Below, one piece after another: positions 1 to 11,319 of a DNA stretch of 64,000 nucleotides. Below the pieces are notes generated by a model. That model made no database searches, was not told the origin of the DNA, and worked only from the letters and a program-made list of their open reading frames with translations. The translations under genes were made by a program, and so were the position numbers. This DNA is from Candidatus Poribacteria bacterium (GTDB lineage: Bacteria; Poribacteria; WGA-4E; WGA-3G), in the NCBI GenBank assembly GCA_965214095.1, contig OZ243938.1, positions 1,696,001 to 1,760,000 on the forward strand. The letters are read 5' to 3'. Each line of letters begins with the position of its first letter. Position 1 is the first letter of the stretch.

Positions 1-3000
1 TTTGCAACAGAAGAGTTTAAGAATTATCCTGAACTACAAGCCGAATCAATGTATAAAGCTGCGTTCTGCTTGAACCAACTGGACAGACATGATGAGGCAA
101 TCAGTCGTTACACGAACTTTATTACACAGTTTCCAGACCACAATCTCGTAACCGCGGCATATTTTGATCAGGGTGTGATCTACGCAAAGCAGAAAGACTA
201 TGACAACGCACGCGTTAACTACGAGTTGGCAATGCAAAATACAGCAGATCGTGCACTTCAAGCTGAAATTCAGTCTGCTATTGGACAAACATATTTTGAG
301 CAAGCAGATTATGAAAACGCTGTTGTGGAGTATACCAAACTCTTAGAAGAATACCCAGAGAGTACCTTCATCGGTGATGCACGCCTTGGTATAGCAGATA
401 GTCAGTACAAATTGGAACAATGGATTGACGCAGTTGAGTCATATCAATTGGTTATTGAATATGAACAAGGTGAAGGTGGTGGAGAAAACGCAGAACTTGA
501 CTATACACCTTACTGTTCATTTCAAATTGCTGAAGCATACTTTCAACAGGGCACAAATCAGGACGATGCTGGTCAGGAAGTAGAGGCAAATGCAACTTTT
601 GTACTCGCTTTGGAATGGTACCAGAGAACAGTTGACAATCATCCCGATAATCCTGTCGCACCGCACGCATTATACGGTGCTATTTGGACACTAAACGAAT
701 TAGACCGTAAGGAAGAATTGGAAAGAGTTGCTCGGGATTTTATTGATAAAAACAAGGAAGATAACGAGTACGATATTATGGCAGCTGAGGTACAACTACG
801 TTTTGCAGACATGAAGCGTACCGAATTCAATCAATATCTGGAAGCTGCAGAAGAATACGCAAAAATATGGGAATACCGTCCACTTCCAAAATTCCATGTC
901 GTCAAGTTGATGGGAAAATTCTTTGAAGGACGTTCCTACTATGAAGCAGCAAAACCTGAAGGATATCAAGAAGGAGATCCATCCTTAAACTTCAATACTG
1001 AATACCTTCAAAAATCTGTAACGGCATATCAGGATGCAATCAACATGTTTGCCGATGAGACGTTCCTTCCTGGCATTGCTGAAGGACGTTATCAAGACTT
1101 CCCAGAACGGATTGCACAAGTAGAAGCATGTCTAATGAATGAAGCACTTTCACACGAAATGCTTGAGGCGTGGGATACTGCACGTCAACGTTACGCTGCA
1201 ATTCCTGACACGAGTGAGTATTACCAACGCGCACTCCTGCTCACAGCAGATAGTTATGTGAAGCAAGGCGATAAAACACAAGCCATTACGTATTACAACG
1301 GTATCTTATCTGAACTTACCGATGCCAACAATCTGTCGTTAGCGAAAATTAAACTTGCTGACTTGTTGCGTGCCGAAGGTCGTTTTGAAGATGCCGCCGT
1401 TCAATATCAGGCAGTCGTTGATGATGACCCGACTGGTGAATATGCAGATGATGCTTTATATCTTGTCGGATTGTGTTACTATAATGCATCCGAGAATAAT
1501 CCTGATCTCGTAACATTGTCCGAAGACGCTTTCAACAAAGTCATTGCTGAACATGGCAATGAGGCGAATGCAATTGATGCATATTACGGTTTGGTGCTGC
1601 TCTATCGGGATTCTGCACAAAAACAGGGTGATACATCCAAGTGGTCACTTGTGATGCAAACTGCAGAAGCTGCAAGCCAAGCATTTGCAGATAGCACCGA
1701 TGAACAAACCCTAAGGACACTCGGACACATTGAACTCATCAAAGCAACAGCAATAGAAAACACCAACGCTGATGATATTGATAGTCTGATTGCCAGTTTG
1801 AAACAGATTGTTGACAACCCTGGCGCGCCCGACGATGCACGCATCCGATCACAGCTCAAGATTGGGCACACGTACTACAAAAAAGAACGGTATGATGAAG
1901 CACTTGCTGCGTATAAAATGTTTGTAGATAATTTCCCAGACAGTGAGATTGCACCTGGGGCACAGTATCAAGTCTCAGTTTGTTATTACCAGATTGCTGT
2001 GAAAGCGGGGGAAGCAGATGATACCGAATCTGCCCAACTTGCTTATACCAATGCTATTGGCGCATCTATGAAAGTTGCTGAGATGACCAATAATGTTGAC
2101 AACCTTGTCAGTGCAGGTTATACGCTCGGATTGGCTAAATTGGGATTGAAAGATAACAAAGGTGCTATTGAGGCATTCAAGCAGGTTACTGCTTTGGAAG
2201 GTCAAACTGAAGATGAAGATCGAAAGAATCTTATCTCCCAAGCACATTCAAGACTTGCTGAATTACACAATAATGTTGGTAATTATCAAGATGCTGTAAA
2301 AGAGTATCAATACATTATCACAAATACTGAAAACCCCGACCTGAAGGGCCGTTCCTACTTCGCAATAGCGTATGCTCAAGATGAACATCTTAAGATGTAT
2401 GATGGCGCATTGCAGAATTATCAAAACGCGGTTGACTTGGCAGACAACGTTGTCAAAGCACAATCCTACTATAGAATGGGATTGATTTATCAAGAGAAAG
2501 TCAATGAACTGGATAAAGCGTTGGAAGTGTTCCAAACTTTGATTGCAAATCATAGTACAGAACAGAACACTGGTGTCGCTTCAATGGTTGCAGATGCAAG
2601 CCTACGACGTTCTGAACTATATGTCAAATTAGGACGGTTAGATGAGGCTATCGCTGAAGCAGTGAGTTCAGAAGTACTCAAAGAAAATTCATCCGCATCT
2701 GTTTCACAGAAAGCTGCTGCACAATATAACCTCGGCTACCTCTATTCTGATAAAGCACGGTCACTACTGCCACCAGAACCGACTCCAGGTTTTGATGCAA
2801 AACCTTACATAGATATGAGTGGACGCGCAGCCGCTGCGTTCTATGAAGTCAGCAAACTTGCTGCACCTGTTGAAAAAGCAGACAAGCAGACGGTCATACC
2901 CTATGTGCAGATGTCGCTTTTCCAAGCAGGTCAGATATATTACTCTGTCGGTATAGGTTTCAAACGCAGACCAGAGTTATTACTCTCTATTGACCCGATT

Positions 3001-4056
3001 GCTGATTTCATCAAACATGCAAACGCAGGTGTATTTCCAACATCACCTGAGCTTGCAAGCAATGTACAGACTGCATCAACCTATTTGGCATCCGCCAACT
3101 TTGACCTCGGTCGCATGCAAGTCGGTCTAGATGAGGAGATGTCTACGCAAGCAGTCGCATACTTCAATAAATCGGCTCAGTTATTTAAAGGGTTAGTTGA
3201 GAGTTACCCAAATGCTGAAGATGCTGCACTCTGGCAATATCAAGCAGGTGAAGCGTTTTATACTACGGAGCAATTTGATAAAGCGATTGCTGAATACAAT
3301 AAGGTCAGACGGGTAAATAAGACGCACGAAAAAGCCGCTGAATCCTTATACGCTATCGCTACCTGCTACCAATACCTTTCTGAAACAGCGAAAGAAGCAG
3401 GGAACGCAGCTGAAGAACAAACGAACCTTGACAAACTATTTGCAACAAACGAAACGCTTGTCAATGAATATCCGAATAGTAAGTTCGCTGGTGAAGCCTT
3501 TATTAATATCGGTAACAAGCACTATAATGCAGCATTGGATCCCGATCTTGAAGCAGAAGAGCAAATTCGTCTTTTCCGAGAAGCAATCAAGAATTATCAA
3601 CGAGCATTGTCTTCTGCAGGTATCAGTTCAGAATCAAAAAATAGTGCACAAACTTACATTAATGAGACTGCCGGCATACTTGCACATAACGAATACAAGT
3701 TTGCGGATACATCACTTGGTAACGCACAAAAATCTGGCAAAAAGACTGACATTGAAGATGCAATTAAGCTTTTCAAGACAATTGCTAAAGATTATTCAAT
3801 GACAAAGTACGGCGATCTTTCTTACGGTAAATTAGGTGAAGCATATACAATCCTTGCAAATAATGAGGAAAACTATTATGCAGATGCATTGTATTACTTC
3901 CAAGTATTACCTAAGAAATATGCGACAAGGCCACCACCTGATACGCAGGTTGAAGATGTTATTAACTACTGTATTCAGAAGGCAAGTGAGATTAAAAGTT
4001 ACATGAGGTCGCAGAACATTCCAGAACGGCAAGCTCCGCCAGACGATAGCGAATAA
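1..4056 (+). CDS. Large tetratricopeptide-repeat (TPR) protein, 5'-partial
   Basis: 1335-aa ORF of TPR-like repeats; the frame is open back to base 1, so the true start lies upstream of the window. Confidence 0.85.
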   Translation, partial: FATEEFKNYPELQAESMYKAAFCLNQLDRHDEAISRYTNFITQFPDHNLVTAAYFDQGVIYAKQKDYDNARVNYELAMQNTADRALQAEIQSAIGQTYFEQADYENAVVEYTKLLEEYPESTFIGDARLGIADSQYKLEQWIDAVESYQLVIEYEQGEGGGENAELDYTPYCSFQIAEAYFQQGTNQDDAGQEVEANATFVLALEWYQRTVDNHPDNPVAPHALYGAIWTLNELDRKEELERVARDFIDKNKEDNEYDIMAAEVQLRFADMKRTEFNQYLEAAEEYAKIWEYRPLPKFHVVKLMGKFFEGRSYYEAAKPEGYQEGDPSLNFNTEYLQKSVTAYQDAINMFADETFLPGIAEGRYQDFPERIAQVEACLMNEALSHEMLEAWDTARQRYAAIPDTSEYYQRALLLTADSYVKQGDKTQAITYYNGILSELTDANNLSLAKIKLADLLRAEGRFEDAAVQYQAVVDDDPTGEYADDALYLVGLCYYNASENNPDLVTLSEDAFNKVIAEHGNEANAIDAYYGLVLLYRDSAQKQGDTSKWSLVMQTAEAASQAFADSTDEQTLRTLGHIELIKATAIENTNADDIDSLIASLKQIVDNPGAPDDARIRSQLKIGHTYYKKERYDEALAAYKMFVDNFPDSEIAPGAQYQVSVCYYQIAVKAGEADDTESAQLAYTNAIGASMKVAEMTNNVDNLVSAGYTLGLAKLGLKDNKGAIEAFKQVTALEGQTEDEDRKNLISQAHSRLAELHNNVGNYQDAVKEYQYIITNTENPDLKGRSYFAIAYAQDEHLKMYDGALQNYQNAVDLADNVVKAQSYYRMGLIYQEKVNELDKALEVFQTLIANHSTEQNTGVASMVADASLRRSELYVKLGRLDEAIAEAVSSEVLKENSSASVSQKAAAQYNLGYLYSDKARSLLPPEPTPGFDAKPYIDMSGRAAAAFYEVSKLAAPVEKADKQTVIPYVQMSLFQAGQIYYSVGIGFKRRPELLLSIDPIADFIKHANAGVFPTSPELASNVQTASTYLASANFDLGRMQVGLDEEMSTQAVAYFNKSAQLFKGLVESYPNAEDAALWQYQAGEAFYTTEQFDKAIAEYNKVRRVNKTHEKAAESLYAIATCYQYLSETAKEAGNAAEEQTNLDKLFATNETLVNEYPNSKFAGEAFINIGNKHYNAALDPDLEAEEQIRLFREAIKNYQRALSSAGISSESKNSAQTYINETAGILAHNEYKFADTSLGNAQKSGKKTDIEDAIKLFKTIAKDYSMTKYGDLSYGKLGEAYTILANNEENYYADALYYFQVLPKKYATRPPPDTQVEDVINYCIQKASEIKSYMRSQNIPERQAPPDDSE

Positions 4057-4086
4057 CCGAGGTATACGAATACCTTATTTCATTAC

Positions 4087-4119
4087 ATAGGGATAGGTCT
4101 GATACCTATCCCTATTTTC
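4087..4119 (+). terminator. Intrinsic terminator
   Basis: ATAGGGATAGGT/ACCTATCCCTAT perfect stem followed by T residues. Confidence 0.7.
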
Positions 4120-4138
4120 TTGAAAGGAGTTTCAAAAA

Positions 4139-5320
4139 GTGTATGATGAACTGAAAGTACCACCACGTATCCTTCTCGGTCCTGGACCAAGCATAGCGAA
4201 TCCGCGCGTCCTCAAAGCAATGACAACACCGATGCTTGGGTATTTGGATGCAGATTTTGTTGAGATAATGGATGATACTGTCGCTTTGTTACGACAGGTG
4301 TACGGCACTCAAAACACAATTACATTCCCTGTCTCTGGCACTGGCACTGCAGGGATGGAAACAGCCCTTACAAATGTTATTGAACACGGTGATCATGTAA
4401 TCGTGGGGATAAACGGTTACTTCGGCAGTAGAATCGCAGATATTGCAGAAAGGTGTGGTGCGACAGTTACACCCGTGCATGCTGAATGGGGAGATATTAT
4501 TAAACCGGAACAGATCGCCGATGCGTGTAAGCAAGTATCACCGAAATTGGTCGCAGTAGTCCACGCAGAAACGTCTACAGGTGTTTTACAGCCTTTAGAA
4601 GAGATTATAGAGATTGCACATCGGCACGATGCACTATTACTTGCGGATTGTGTCACATCGCTTGGGGGACAACCTGTGGAATTAGATGCGCGTGGTATTG
4701 ACATCGCCTATAGTTGCACACAAAAGTGTCTCGCAGGTCCACCCGGACTCTCACCTATCAGTTTCAATGATCGCGCAGCTGATGTGATTCGGAACCGCAA
4801 AACGAAGATTCAAAGTTTCTATATGGACGTTACACTACTTGAAGAATATTGGATGGGAACTACCCGAAAATATCATCACACCTTGTCTATGTCCATGGTT
4901 TACGCGCTCCGTGAAGCACTCCGTGTGGTTATAGAAGAGGGTGAATCAGCGCGATATGAACGGCATGAACGCAATGCGCGTGCTCTGATCGCAGGGGCAG
5001 AGGCTATCGGTTTGGAACCTGCCGCTGTCGAAGACCATCGCGTACCGATGTTAACAACATTACGTATCCCTGATGGCATTGACGACGGAACCGTCCGAAA
5101 ACGTCTCATTCAGGACTTTAATATTGAAATCGGTGGTGGATTAGGTGTTTTCGCTGGAAAGGCATGGCGAATTGGTCTTATGGGTGATGCTGCAAATGAA
5201 CAAAACGTACTACTCGTTTTGAATGCTATTGAACAACTCTTAATCGAGTTTGGTCATAACGTTGAAATTGGAACAGCCGTGAGTGCCGCTGCTGCAGCAT
5301 ATCAGAACAGTAATGACTAA
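4139..5320 (+). CDS. Alanine-glyoxylate/serine-pyruvate aminotransferase (class V PLP enzyme)
   Basis: LLGPGPS, GTGTAGME, VHAETSTG, SCTQKCL (PLP lysine) and WRIGLMG motifs; AAGGAG RBS. Confidence 0.9.
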   Translation: MYDELKVPPRILLGPGPSIANPRVLKAMTTPMLGYLDADFVEIMDDTVALLRQVYGTQNTITFPVSGTGTAGMETALTNVIEHGDHVIVGINGYFGSRIADIAERCGATVTPVHAEWGDIIKPEQIADACKQVSPKLVAVVHAETSTGVLQPLEEIIEIAHRHDALLLADCVTSLGGQPVELDARGIDIAYSCTQKCLAGPPGLSPISFNDRAADVIRNRKTKIQSFYMDVTLLEEYWMGTTRKYHHTLSMSMVYALREALRVVIEEGESARYERHERNARALIAGAEAIGLEPAAVEDHRVPMLTTLRIPDGIDDGTVRKRLIQDFNIEIGGGLGVFAGKAWRIGLMGDAANEQNVLLVLNAIEQLLIEFGHNVEIGTAVSAAAAAYQNSND

Positions 5321-5387
5321 GGACACATCCTAGTGTAGGAAGGGTTTCTAATCCCAATGTTAAAGTCTATTTCTCTCAAATCGTTGT

Positions 5388-5502
5388 TATACCATTTTTA
5401 ATAGAAAACGCCGCATTTTTGTAGCATAAACTGCCAGTTTGTGCAGTCCTTCAAGAGATTCTTAACAAATGTTAATGGGACAAACATTTTTAGAAATGGT
5501 GT
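5388..5502. mobile_element. Putative MITE (TATACC-type ends) enclosing a GTAG hairpin
   Basis: Left TATACCATTTTTAA and right TTAGAAATGGTGT form imperfect TIRs; internal GTAGCATAAACTGCCAGTTTGTGC. Confidence 0.5.
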
Positions 5503-5521
5503 TAGAAACCGAAGTTCCTGG

Positions 5522-6334
5522 TTAATGAAATTTATTTGCTCGTTTTACCGCTGTTTGGATAGATAACATGTGCGTTTTGACGCGAGTATCCAAATCTAAT
5601 TTAGTTGGTGTTTCAAGAATCAGGCAACGTGTATTAATCTGTTCAGCCAAATATCTGCCGCGTGTCCATCCTTTTGTTGTAACTGAGTCAAGAAGTGTTA
5701 TTACACCGTTATCATTCCGGTGGTCTTCAATCATGCACTTCTGATTAATCGTGCATACCTGTCCAACTTGCTTCACAACTTCATTACCAATCGGTAGAGT
5801 CGTAGAAGCACGACGTTCCCATAGATAGAACCCGATGCTGTCTCTATCTTCGTGTAAATCCAACGCGAGTCTGACTTCAGTATTGTTGTTTTGTATTTGT
5901 GTACGTAGGAGTGATTCTGCAATGAAGGTTGTTTCAGTATATTGGCAGGGGTGTTCAAACATCCGATTGAGGTCGAGTCCAGCAGCATTTTCTCGGATGT
6001 CATGTTCATACCCGTAAGGGTTGTCGCAAGGTGAGATGATCCAATTGTATTTGTCAAACGGAAATGGAGACAAATCGTACTGTTGTGCTTCTGCCAGCAA
6101 TTCAATAAGGCGGATTGCACATTCAACACCTGCTGGTTCATCACCGTGTATTCCTGCAGATACATATATCAAGGCTGCATCCACTTGCTTCGCAGCGTAA
6201 TGCACACAGTACAACGGATATGATTGAGATGAACTTCTGTGCCAGACGGTGAGACGGTCAGATTTTTCAAGAGCAGTAAGGATGCGGGTTACAACATCTG
6301 TATAGTTTCGGACTTCCACCCGAATTACTCCCAT
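5522..6334 (-). CDS. M14-type zinc carboxypeptidase / succinylglutamate desuccinylase-like protein
   Basis: [20 protein letters not shown] and LET motifs; overlaps the guaA stop. Confidence 0.8.
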   Translation of the reverse strand: MGVIRVEVRNYTDVVTRILTALEKSDRLTVWHRSSSQSYPLYCVHYAAKQVDAALIYVSAGIHGDEPAGVECAIRLIELLAEAQQYDLSPFPFDKYNWIISPCDNPYGYEHDIRENAAGLDLNRMFEHPCQYTETTFIAESLLRTQIQNNNTEVRLALDLHEDRDSIGFYLWERRASTTLPIGNEVVKQVGQVCTINQKCMIEDHRNDNGVITLLDSVTTKGWTRGRYLAEQINTRCLILETPTKLDLDTRVKTHMLSIQTAVKRANKFH

Positions 6335-7866
6335 TCAATCGTACTTGGCGGTTTTGAACTGATGTCGTAAACAACGCGGTTGATACCTTGTACCTCATTG
6401 ATGATTCGTGTGGAAATCCGTGCTAATACGTCGTCGGGGATTCTCGCCCAATCCGCTGTCATAGCATCACTGCTTGTGACAGCACGTAGTGCAATTGCAT
6501 TTTCATAGGTGCGTTCATCACCCATCACACCGACGCTTTTTACTGGCAGAAGTACTGCCAACGCTTGCCAAATCTCATCATATAAACCTGCATCTTTGAT
6601 TTCATTGATGAAGATTGCATCCGCTAAACGTAAGACTGCTAAACGTTCTGGTGTAACCTCACCGATTATCCTAACAGCGAGTCCTGGTCCGGGAAACGGA
6701 TGTCTGCCGAGGACGTGTGAAGGCACATTTAGTTCTGCTCCGACTGCTCGTACTTCATCTTTGAAAAGTTCACGGAAAGGTTCAATCAGTTCAAATGGCA
6801 TATCTGGTGGGAGTCCACCGACGTTATGATGCGTTTTTATGGTAGCGGAGGGTCCTTTTGTGGAAACGCTTTCTATAACATCTGGGTAAAGTGTGCCTTG
6901 TGCGAGAAAGCGACAGGCACCAAGCTGCTTCACTTTTGCTCTGAAGGTTTCAATGAACTGTGCTCCAATAATCTTACGTTTCTGTTCAGGATCGACGACA
7001 CCTGATAATGCATTGAGGAATGAGTCTGTTGCATCTGCAAACTCAATATTAATTCCGAGTGTCTTACAAGTAGATAAAACTTGTTTCGCTTCATCCTGTC
7101 GTAGGAGTCCATTATCTACAAAAACAGAGATCAGATTATCGCCTATTGCTTTGTTGAGCAGTGTCGCTAACACCATTGAGTCTATTCCACCACTGACAGC
7201 ACAAAGGACTCTTTCGTCTTTCACCGTTGCTTGGATGTGCGCTATGGCTTCGGTGATAAACGCACCCATTGTCCAAGTTGCTTCACATCCACAGATTTTT
7301 CGGACGAAGTTGTGTAAGATTCTATCAGCATCGCGTGTATGTTCAACTTCAGGATGAAATTGTAATCCGTATAATGTGCCATCTGCGTTGACCATCGCTG
7401 CAATAGGCGAGTTCTCTGTTTGAGCGATTGTGTGGAAGCCATCTGGAGGTATGTCGATTTTATCACCATGGCTCATCCATGCGGTTACTTCCGATGAAAG
7501 CCCATCAAACAAGGGTTCAGAAGCGGCATTGACTTGGAGTTGCGCGTTGCCATATTCTCGCTCAGAGGCAGGATGCACTTTGCCGCCTTCCAACAGATAA
7601 GCGATGAGTTGCATACCGTAGCATATTCCTAAAACTGGAATGCCGAGTTTGAAAAGTGCAACATCTATCTTGGGGGCATCTGTCTCGTAAACACTCGCGG
7701 GGCCACCGGAAAGGATAACACCTTTTGGTGCCATCTTTTCAATCTCGGTAAGGGGTAGGCTGTAAGGTTGTATCTCACAATAAACCTGCTGTTCCCGAAC
7801 ACGTCGAGCAATCAATTGCGTATATTGCGAGCCAAAGTCTAAAACGACAATAGCGTCACGCTTCAT
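6325..7866 (-). CDS. guaA: GMP synthase (glutamine-hydrolysing)
   Basis: [34 protein letters not shown] and KPPSTIEWE motifs. Confidence 0.98.
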   Translation of the reverse strand: MKRDAIVVLDFGSQYTQLIARRVREQQVYCEIQPYSLPLTEIEKMAPKGVILSGGPASVYETDAPKIDVALFKLGIPVLGICYGMQLIAYLLEGGKVHPASEREYGNAQLQVNAASEPLFDGLSSEVTAWMSHGDKIDIPPDGFHTIAQTENSPIAAMVNADGTLYGLQFHPEVEHTRDADRILHNFVRKICGCEATWTMGAFITEAIAHIQATVKDERVLCAVSGGIDSMVLATLLNKAIGDNLISVFVDNGLLRQDEAKQVLSTCKTLGINIEFADATDSFLNALSGVVDPEQKRKIIGAQFIETFRAKVKQLGACRFLAQGTLYPDVIESVSTKGPSATIKTHHNVGGLPPDMPFELIEPFRELFKDEVRAVGAELNVPSHVLGRHPFPGPGLAVRIIGEVTPERLAVLRLADAIFINEIKDAGLYDEIWQALAVLLPVKSVGVMGDERTYENAIALRAVTSSDAMTADWARIPDDVLARISTRIINEVQGINRVVYDISSKPPSTIEWE

Positions 7867-7988
7867 GTCATTTCTCCATTTTCGATAGTTGGGTTTGAAC
7901 AGAAATGATTGAATGATATATCAGGTTTCGTTCAGTTAAATACCTATTTATAGACTTCAATGATGTTTAAAATATAGAATCTCACAAA

Positions 7989-8273
7989 TCATCGTTTCGG
8001 ATCACAGTCAATGATCTCACCAGTTTCAGGTGCAAAGATCACACCGTAATATCCTTGCGGAGCAAATTCCACATCGTCCCACATTGCTAAGTTTGTATTT
8101 GCATCTTGTAGATAGTAGCAGCCTGTGTATGGATGTCCTTCTGCTTCAATTGTCCGTATATGATAGCAATGGTTATGGAACTGGATTGTGTTTCCGTAAA
8201 TTATGATGTATCTGTCACCAAATAAGTTATGGGCAATCTGATTGACTATATAAGGATCAATTGTTTTCTGCAA
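7989..8273 (-). CDS. Hypothetical protein
   Basis: 94-aa ORF co-oriented with neighbours; TTG start uncertain. Confidence 0.55.
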   Translation of the reverse strand: MQKTIDPYIVNQIAHNLFGDRYIIIYGNTIQFHNHCYHIRTIEAEGHPYTGCYYLQDANTNLAMWDDVEFAPQGYYGVIFAPETGEIIDCDPKR

Positions 8274-8302
8274 TAGCTGCGATGCCTATAGTATGTAATT
8301 AT

Positions 8303-9961
8303 CTATTGTGTTCTACTGATGACTATGTCTATTCTGCGGTTTTTTTCATGTGCGTCTTCATCAATCAGTTGTGATTCCCCTAATCCGACAGCAGTCATGC
8401 GATTTTCGGGTACTTTTCCTGTATCAATCAGAAAAGTTTTGACAGCATTTGCGCGCTTTTCTGTCAATGCCAAATTTGTTTTCTCTTCACCAAGTGTATC
8501 GCTATGACCTTCTATTCTCACAACATAACTACCAAATTCATCTTGTAGCAATATAGCAGCAAGTTTTATGAGTGTTGGATAGAATTCTTCTTTAAGCCGT
8601 GTGCTGGTTGTTGCAAAAAGGTTTCCGCTAACTCTGACGATAACACCTTCCTCAAGTACTATGATCTCAGCTTTTGGAATTTGCTTTGTAGCTTCAATGA
8701 GAGTTGTCTGGGCAGTCTTCTGCAGTTCAGTTTTTTCAATAGCGCGTTGAAGGTAATCACTGCTTTGTTGTGCGGCATCTATAGTAGCGGAATATTCCTT
8801 TTTTGCGAGTGCTTCTTCCGCAGTTGCAAGAGCTGATTCTGCGAGTTCAAATAGTTGTGGTGCGATCTGTGGGACTTTCGTTTCTCTCTGTTCTTCAATA
8901 GATGCTTTGATTGATGCGACATCATTTTCCGCTCTTTTGATTCTGGCTGTGAGTTCCTGTTGTGCTCGCAGACGATATTCAGCAACTTCAGAAGTCGTAA
9001 TAACTTTATCTGCAGTCTGCTCAGCACTTCCAGCAGCTTGCTTGGCTGTATTATAACGTTTTGCTTGTAATTCTTTTTTCGCTTTGTCTAATTGGGTTTG
9101 TGCTTGTTGGAATTGTTTTGGATCGTGTGTAGGTGCATTTAGTGCTTCTGCTCGCTGTACTTTCAGTTCTGCGCGTGTAATAGCAATACGGGCACCGGTT
9201 TCTGCAGTTGCACGATTCTGCTGATTCTGTGTTGCGAGATCAAAGAGTTTATCGGCTTGTGATTGTGCATCTTTCGCGATTTTTTCCGCTTGATCGAACT
9301 CCTTCCGTTCAAGATGAGATTTTGCTTGTGTAATTAACGCTTGAACACGTTCATGCTCTGCAGTTTCCACAATTTCAGGATAAGTACGTATAGCAAAATT
9401 AACGACGATTTCTGCTCCGGTAATCGGTATGTTGATTACCGCATGACGAATGGCATTGTTTGCATCTGCCAGATCGGATGTGAGTGAACCGGCGCGTTTT
9501 CTCTCTGTTTCAATTTCTTGCATCGCTTGTGCATTTTCCGCTGCTTTCATCTCATTACGTATCTTTACCATTTCTATTTCATAGTCTTTTTGTGTGATAA
9601 CTTCTTGGTACAGTTGTTCTTGTATTGAGATGAGTTTTGTGCGTGCTAACTGTTGTTTTGTTTTGTATAAAGCGATGTTTGCTACAAGTTCAGCTTGATA
9701 TGCGAATTCCATGCTCTGTGCGATGTCTTCGCGATCCTGAGCTTGCTGTGCAAATTTCAAGAGTTTTAGGGCGCGGTTGTAATCTTCGGTTGCTAATTGA
9801 TCAGCCCCCAATTCTCCTGCGTTTGAAATTGCCTTTTGTCCATTTTGAAGTTGTGTATCTAAAATGACAGTATCAATCGGAGGACGCGAAGCACAACTAT
9901 AACTTATCAGACTGATAATAAGAAGAAACCATACATAAAACCGCATTGGACTATCCTTCAT
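8303..9961 (-). CDS. OmpA-family lipoprotein with DUF4398-like helical repeats
   Basis: Lipobox-like SYSC, helical repeats, C-terminal OmpA domain (IEGHSD...NLALTEKRA...NRRIDI). Confidence 0.85.
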   Translation of the reverse strand: MKDSPMRFYVWFLLIISLISYSCASRPPIDTVILDTQLQNGQKAISNAGELGADQLATEDYNRALKLLKFAQQAQDREDIAQSMEFAYQAELVANIALYKTKQQLARTKLISIQEQLYQEVITQKDYEIEMVKIRNEMKAAENAQAMQEIETERKRAGSLTSDLADANNAIRHAVINIPITGAEIVVNFAIRTYPEIVETAEHERVQALITQAKSHLERKEFDQAEKIAKDAQSQADKLFDLATQNQQNRATAETGARIAITRAELKVQRAEALNAPTHDPKQFQQAQTQLDKAKKELQAKRYNTAKQAAGSAEQTADKVITTSEVAEYRLRAQQELTARIKRAENDVASIKASIEEQRETKVPQIAPQLFELAESALATAEEALAKKEYSATIDAAQQSSDYLQRAIEKTELQKTAQTTLIEATKQIPKAEIIVLEEGVIVRVSGNLFATTSTRLKEEFYPTLIKLAAILLQDEFGSYVVRIEGHSDTLGEEKTNLALTEKRANAVKTFLIDTGKVPENRMTAVGLGESQLIDEDAHEKNRRIDIVISRTQ

Positions 9962-10359
9962 TATTTCTGTGCATCCCGTTCTGATTTGAGCCTTTCAAGG
10001 TTGTTGAGAACACCTTCTGTTGCCTGCTGTTGGAGTTCTAATCCGGCTTGTGCCTCTAATACTTGTGATTCTTGTCGGACTGCTAAAGCTTTCTCTGTTG
10101 CGATTCGTGCATGGAGAAATGATCGTAGACCGAGACGATATGCGCGTTCTACATTGCCAGATTGCAGGGAGTGTTCTGCGTTGATAAGCATGTCTTCAGC
10201 GGATTTGATTTCTGTAGTGGCATCATCGCGCGCGCCAACTTTCTCTGCAGAGTCAATACTAACACGTGCATTGTTCATCGTTTCAATAGCTAATTGATGG
10301 ATTTGTGTGCCATTACATCCGACTGTGATTAGAAATATGAGTGGGATAATCCATTTCAT
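9961..10359 (-). CDS. DUF4398-like lipoprotein
   Basis: TVGC lipobox, helical, translationally coupled to the OmpA gene. Confidence 0.7.
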   Translation of the reverse strand: MKWIIPLIFLITVGCNGTQIHQLAIETMNNARVSIDSAEKVGARDDATTEIKSAEDMLINAEHSLQSGNVERAYRLGLRSFLHARIATEKALAVRQESQVLEAQAGLELQQQATEGVLNNLERLKSERDAQK

Positions 10360-10463
10360 TTTAAGTTCCTCAGTATGATGTTAATCTGGGGTGAACCCCT
10401 TCCAATTGAACGAATAACAATCACTGCATTTATCTGCGGAATTGATTGCATAGTGCAATAAGC

Positions 10464-10493
10464 AAAAAAGCCTCACACGGAGGTGAGGCTTTT
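10464..10493 (-). terminator. Intrinsic (likely bidirectional) terminator after rpmA
   Basis: AAAAAAGCCTCAC...GTGAGGCTTTT. Confidence 0.8.
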
Positions 10494-10503
10494 TACGGTA
10501 CGT

Positions 10504-10770
10504 TTAGAACGCAGGTCGTTCAGTATAAACACTCACCTTACGACGGAATTTGTCTTTTCGTTCAAACCAGACAAATCCATCAATTTTTGAGAAGAGGGTA
10601 TAGTCTCTGCCAACTCCCACATTATTTCCAGCGTGCAGATGTGTTCCCCGTTGTCGGACGAGAATACTGCCGGCGGTGACGTAATTTCCCGAGAATCTTT
10701 TTACACCAAGCCGTTTCCCGATACTGTCACGACCGTTCCGAGTACTTCCTCCACCTTTCTTATGTGCCAT
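10504..10770 (-). CDS. rpmA: 50S ribosomal protein L27
   Basis: [16 protein letters not shown]...ILVRQRGT; start at the ATG at 10770 with GGAGG RBS. Confidence 0.97.
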   Translation of the reverse strand: MAHKKGGGSTRNGRDSIGKRLGVKRFSGNYVTAGSILVRQRGTHLHAGNNVGVGRDYTLFSKIDGFVWFERKDKFRRKVSVYTERPAF

Positions 10771-11122
10771 CGTTTTCGACCTCCTCTCCGTCATTAGCGG
10801 TTGTTTCCTCACCACCAATTGCGGTTATTTTAATTCTTGTATATGATTGTCTGTGTCCCGATTTACGTTTGTAACCTTTTCGGCGTTTGGACTTAAAGAC
10901 GATTATTTTCTTTGCCCGTCCTTGTTCAACGACTTCACCTGTAACCTCGATGTTTTCAAGGTATGGTGTTCCAGTTTGCAATTGACCATCTTCACCGGCA
11001 ATCGCTAAAACGGAGGGAAATGTAACTGTTTCACCGACAGCATTGTCTAACTTTTCCACATCTATGAGGTTTCCTACCTCAACCCGGTGCTGTCTCCCGC
11101 CGCTTGCAAATACTGCATACAT
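10760..11122 (-). CDS. rplU: 50S ribosomal protein L21
   Basis: [14 protein letters not shown]...GHRQSYT. Confidence 0.97.
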   Translation of the reverse strand: MYAVFASGGRQHRVEVGNLIDVEKLDNAVGETVTFPSVLAIAGEDGQLQTGTPYLENIEVTGEVVEQGRAKKIIVFKSKRRKGYKRKSGHRQSYTRIKITAIGGEETTANDGEEVENDGT

Positions 11123-11262
11123 ATTGTTTTCACTCCTTTTAGGTGTAGAAACTCCGAAGAATATTTGAGAATGTTCTATTTTCTATTTTGTGCTCTGGAC
11201 TGCATTGTGAAGTGAGCGTTGGGCGCACCTATCCGCCCATGTTTTGTAATTCAGTCAAATAC

Positions 11263-11291
11263 ATTATGCCACATTTTTGTGTGAAAGTCAA
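11263..11291 (-). promoter_or_regulatory. Sigma70-type promoter of rplU-rpmA
   Basis: TTGACT-17 nt-CATAAT with TG extension. Confidence 0.65.
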
Positions 11292-11319
11292 GTCTTTTTG
11301 TAAGAAGCAAGGATGAACA

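Noticed and set aside
10771-10818. Firmicute-like N-terminal extension of L27
   Set aside because: It overlaps rplU, the RBS precedes MAHKK, and no Prp protease gene lies between rplU and rpmA.
11125-11260. L21 leader RNA upstream of rplU
   Set aside because: A hairpin (TGGGCG...CGCCCA) is present but I cannot match it to the known family by eye.
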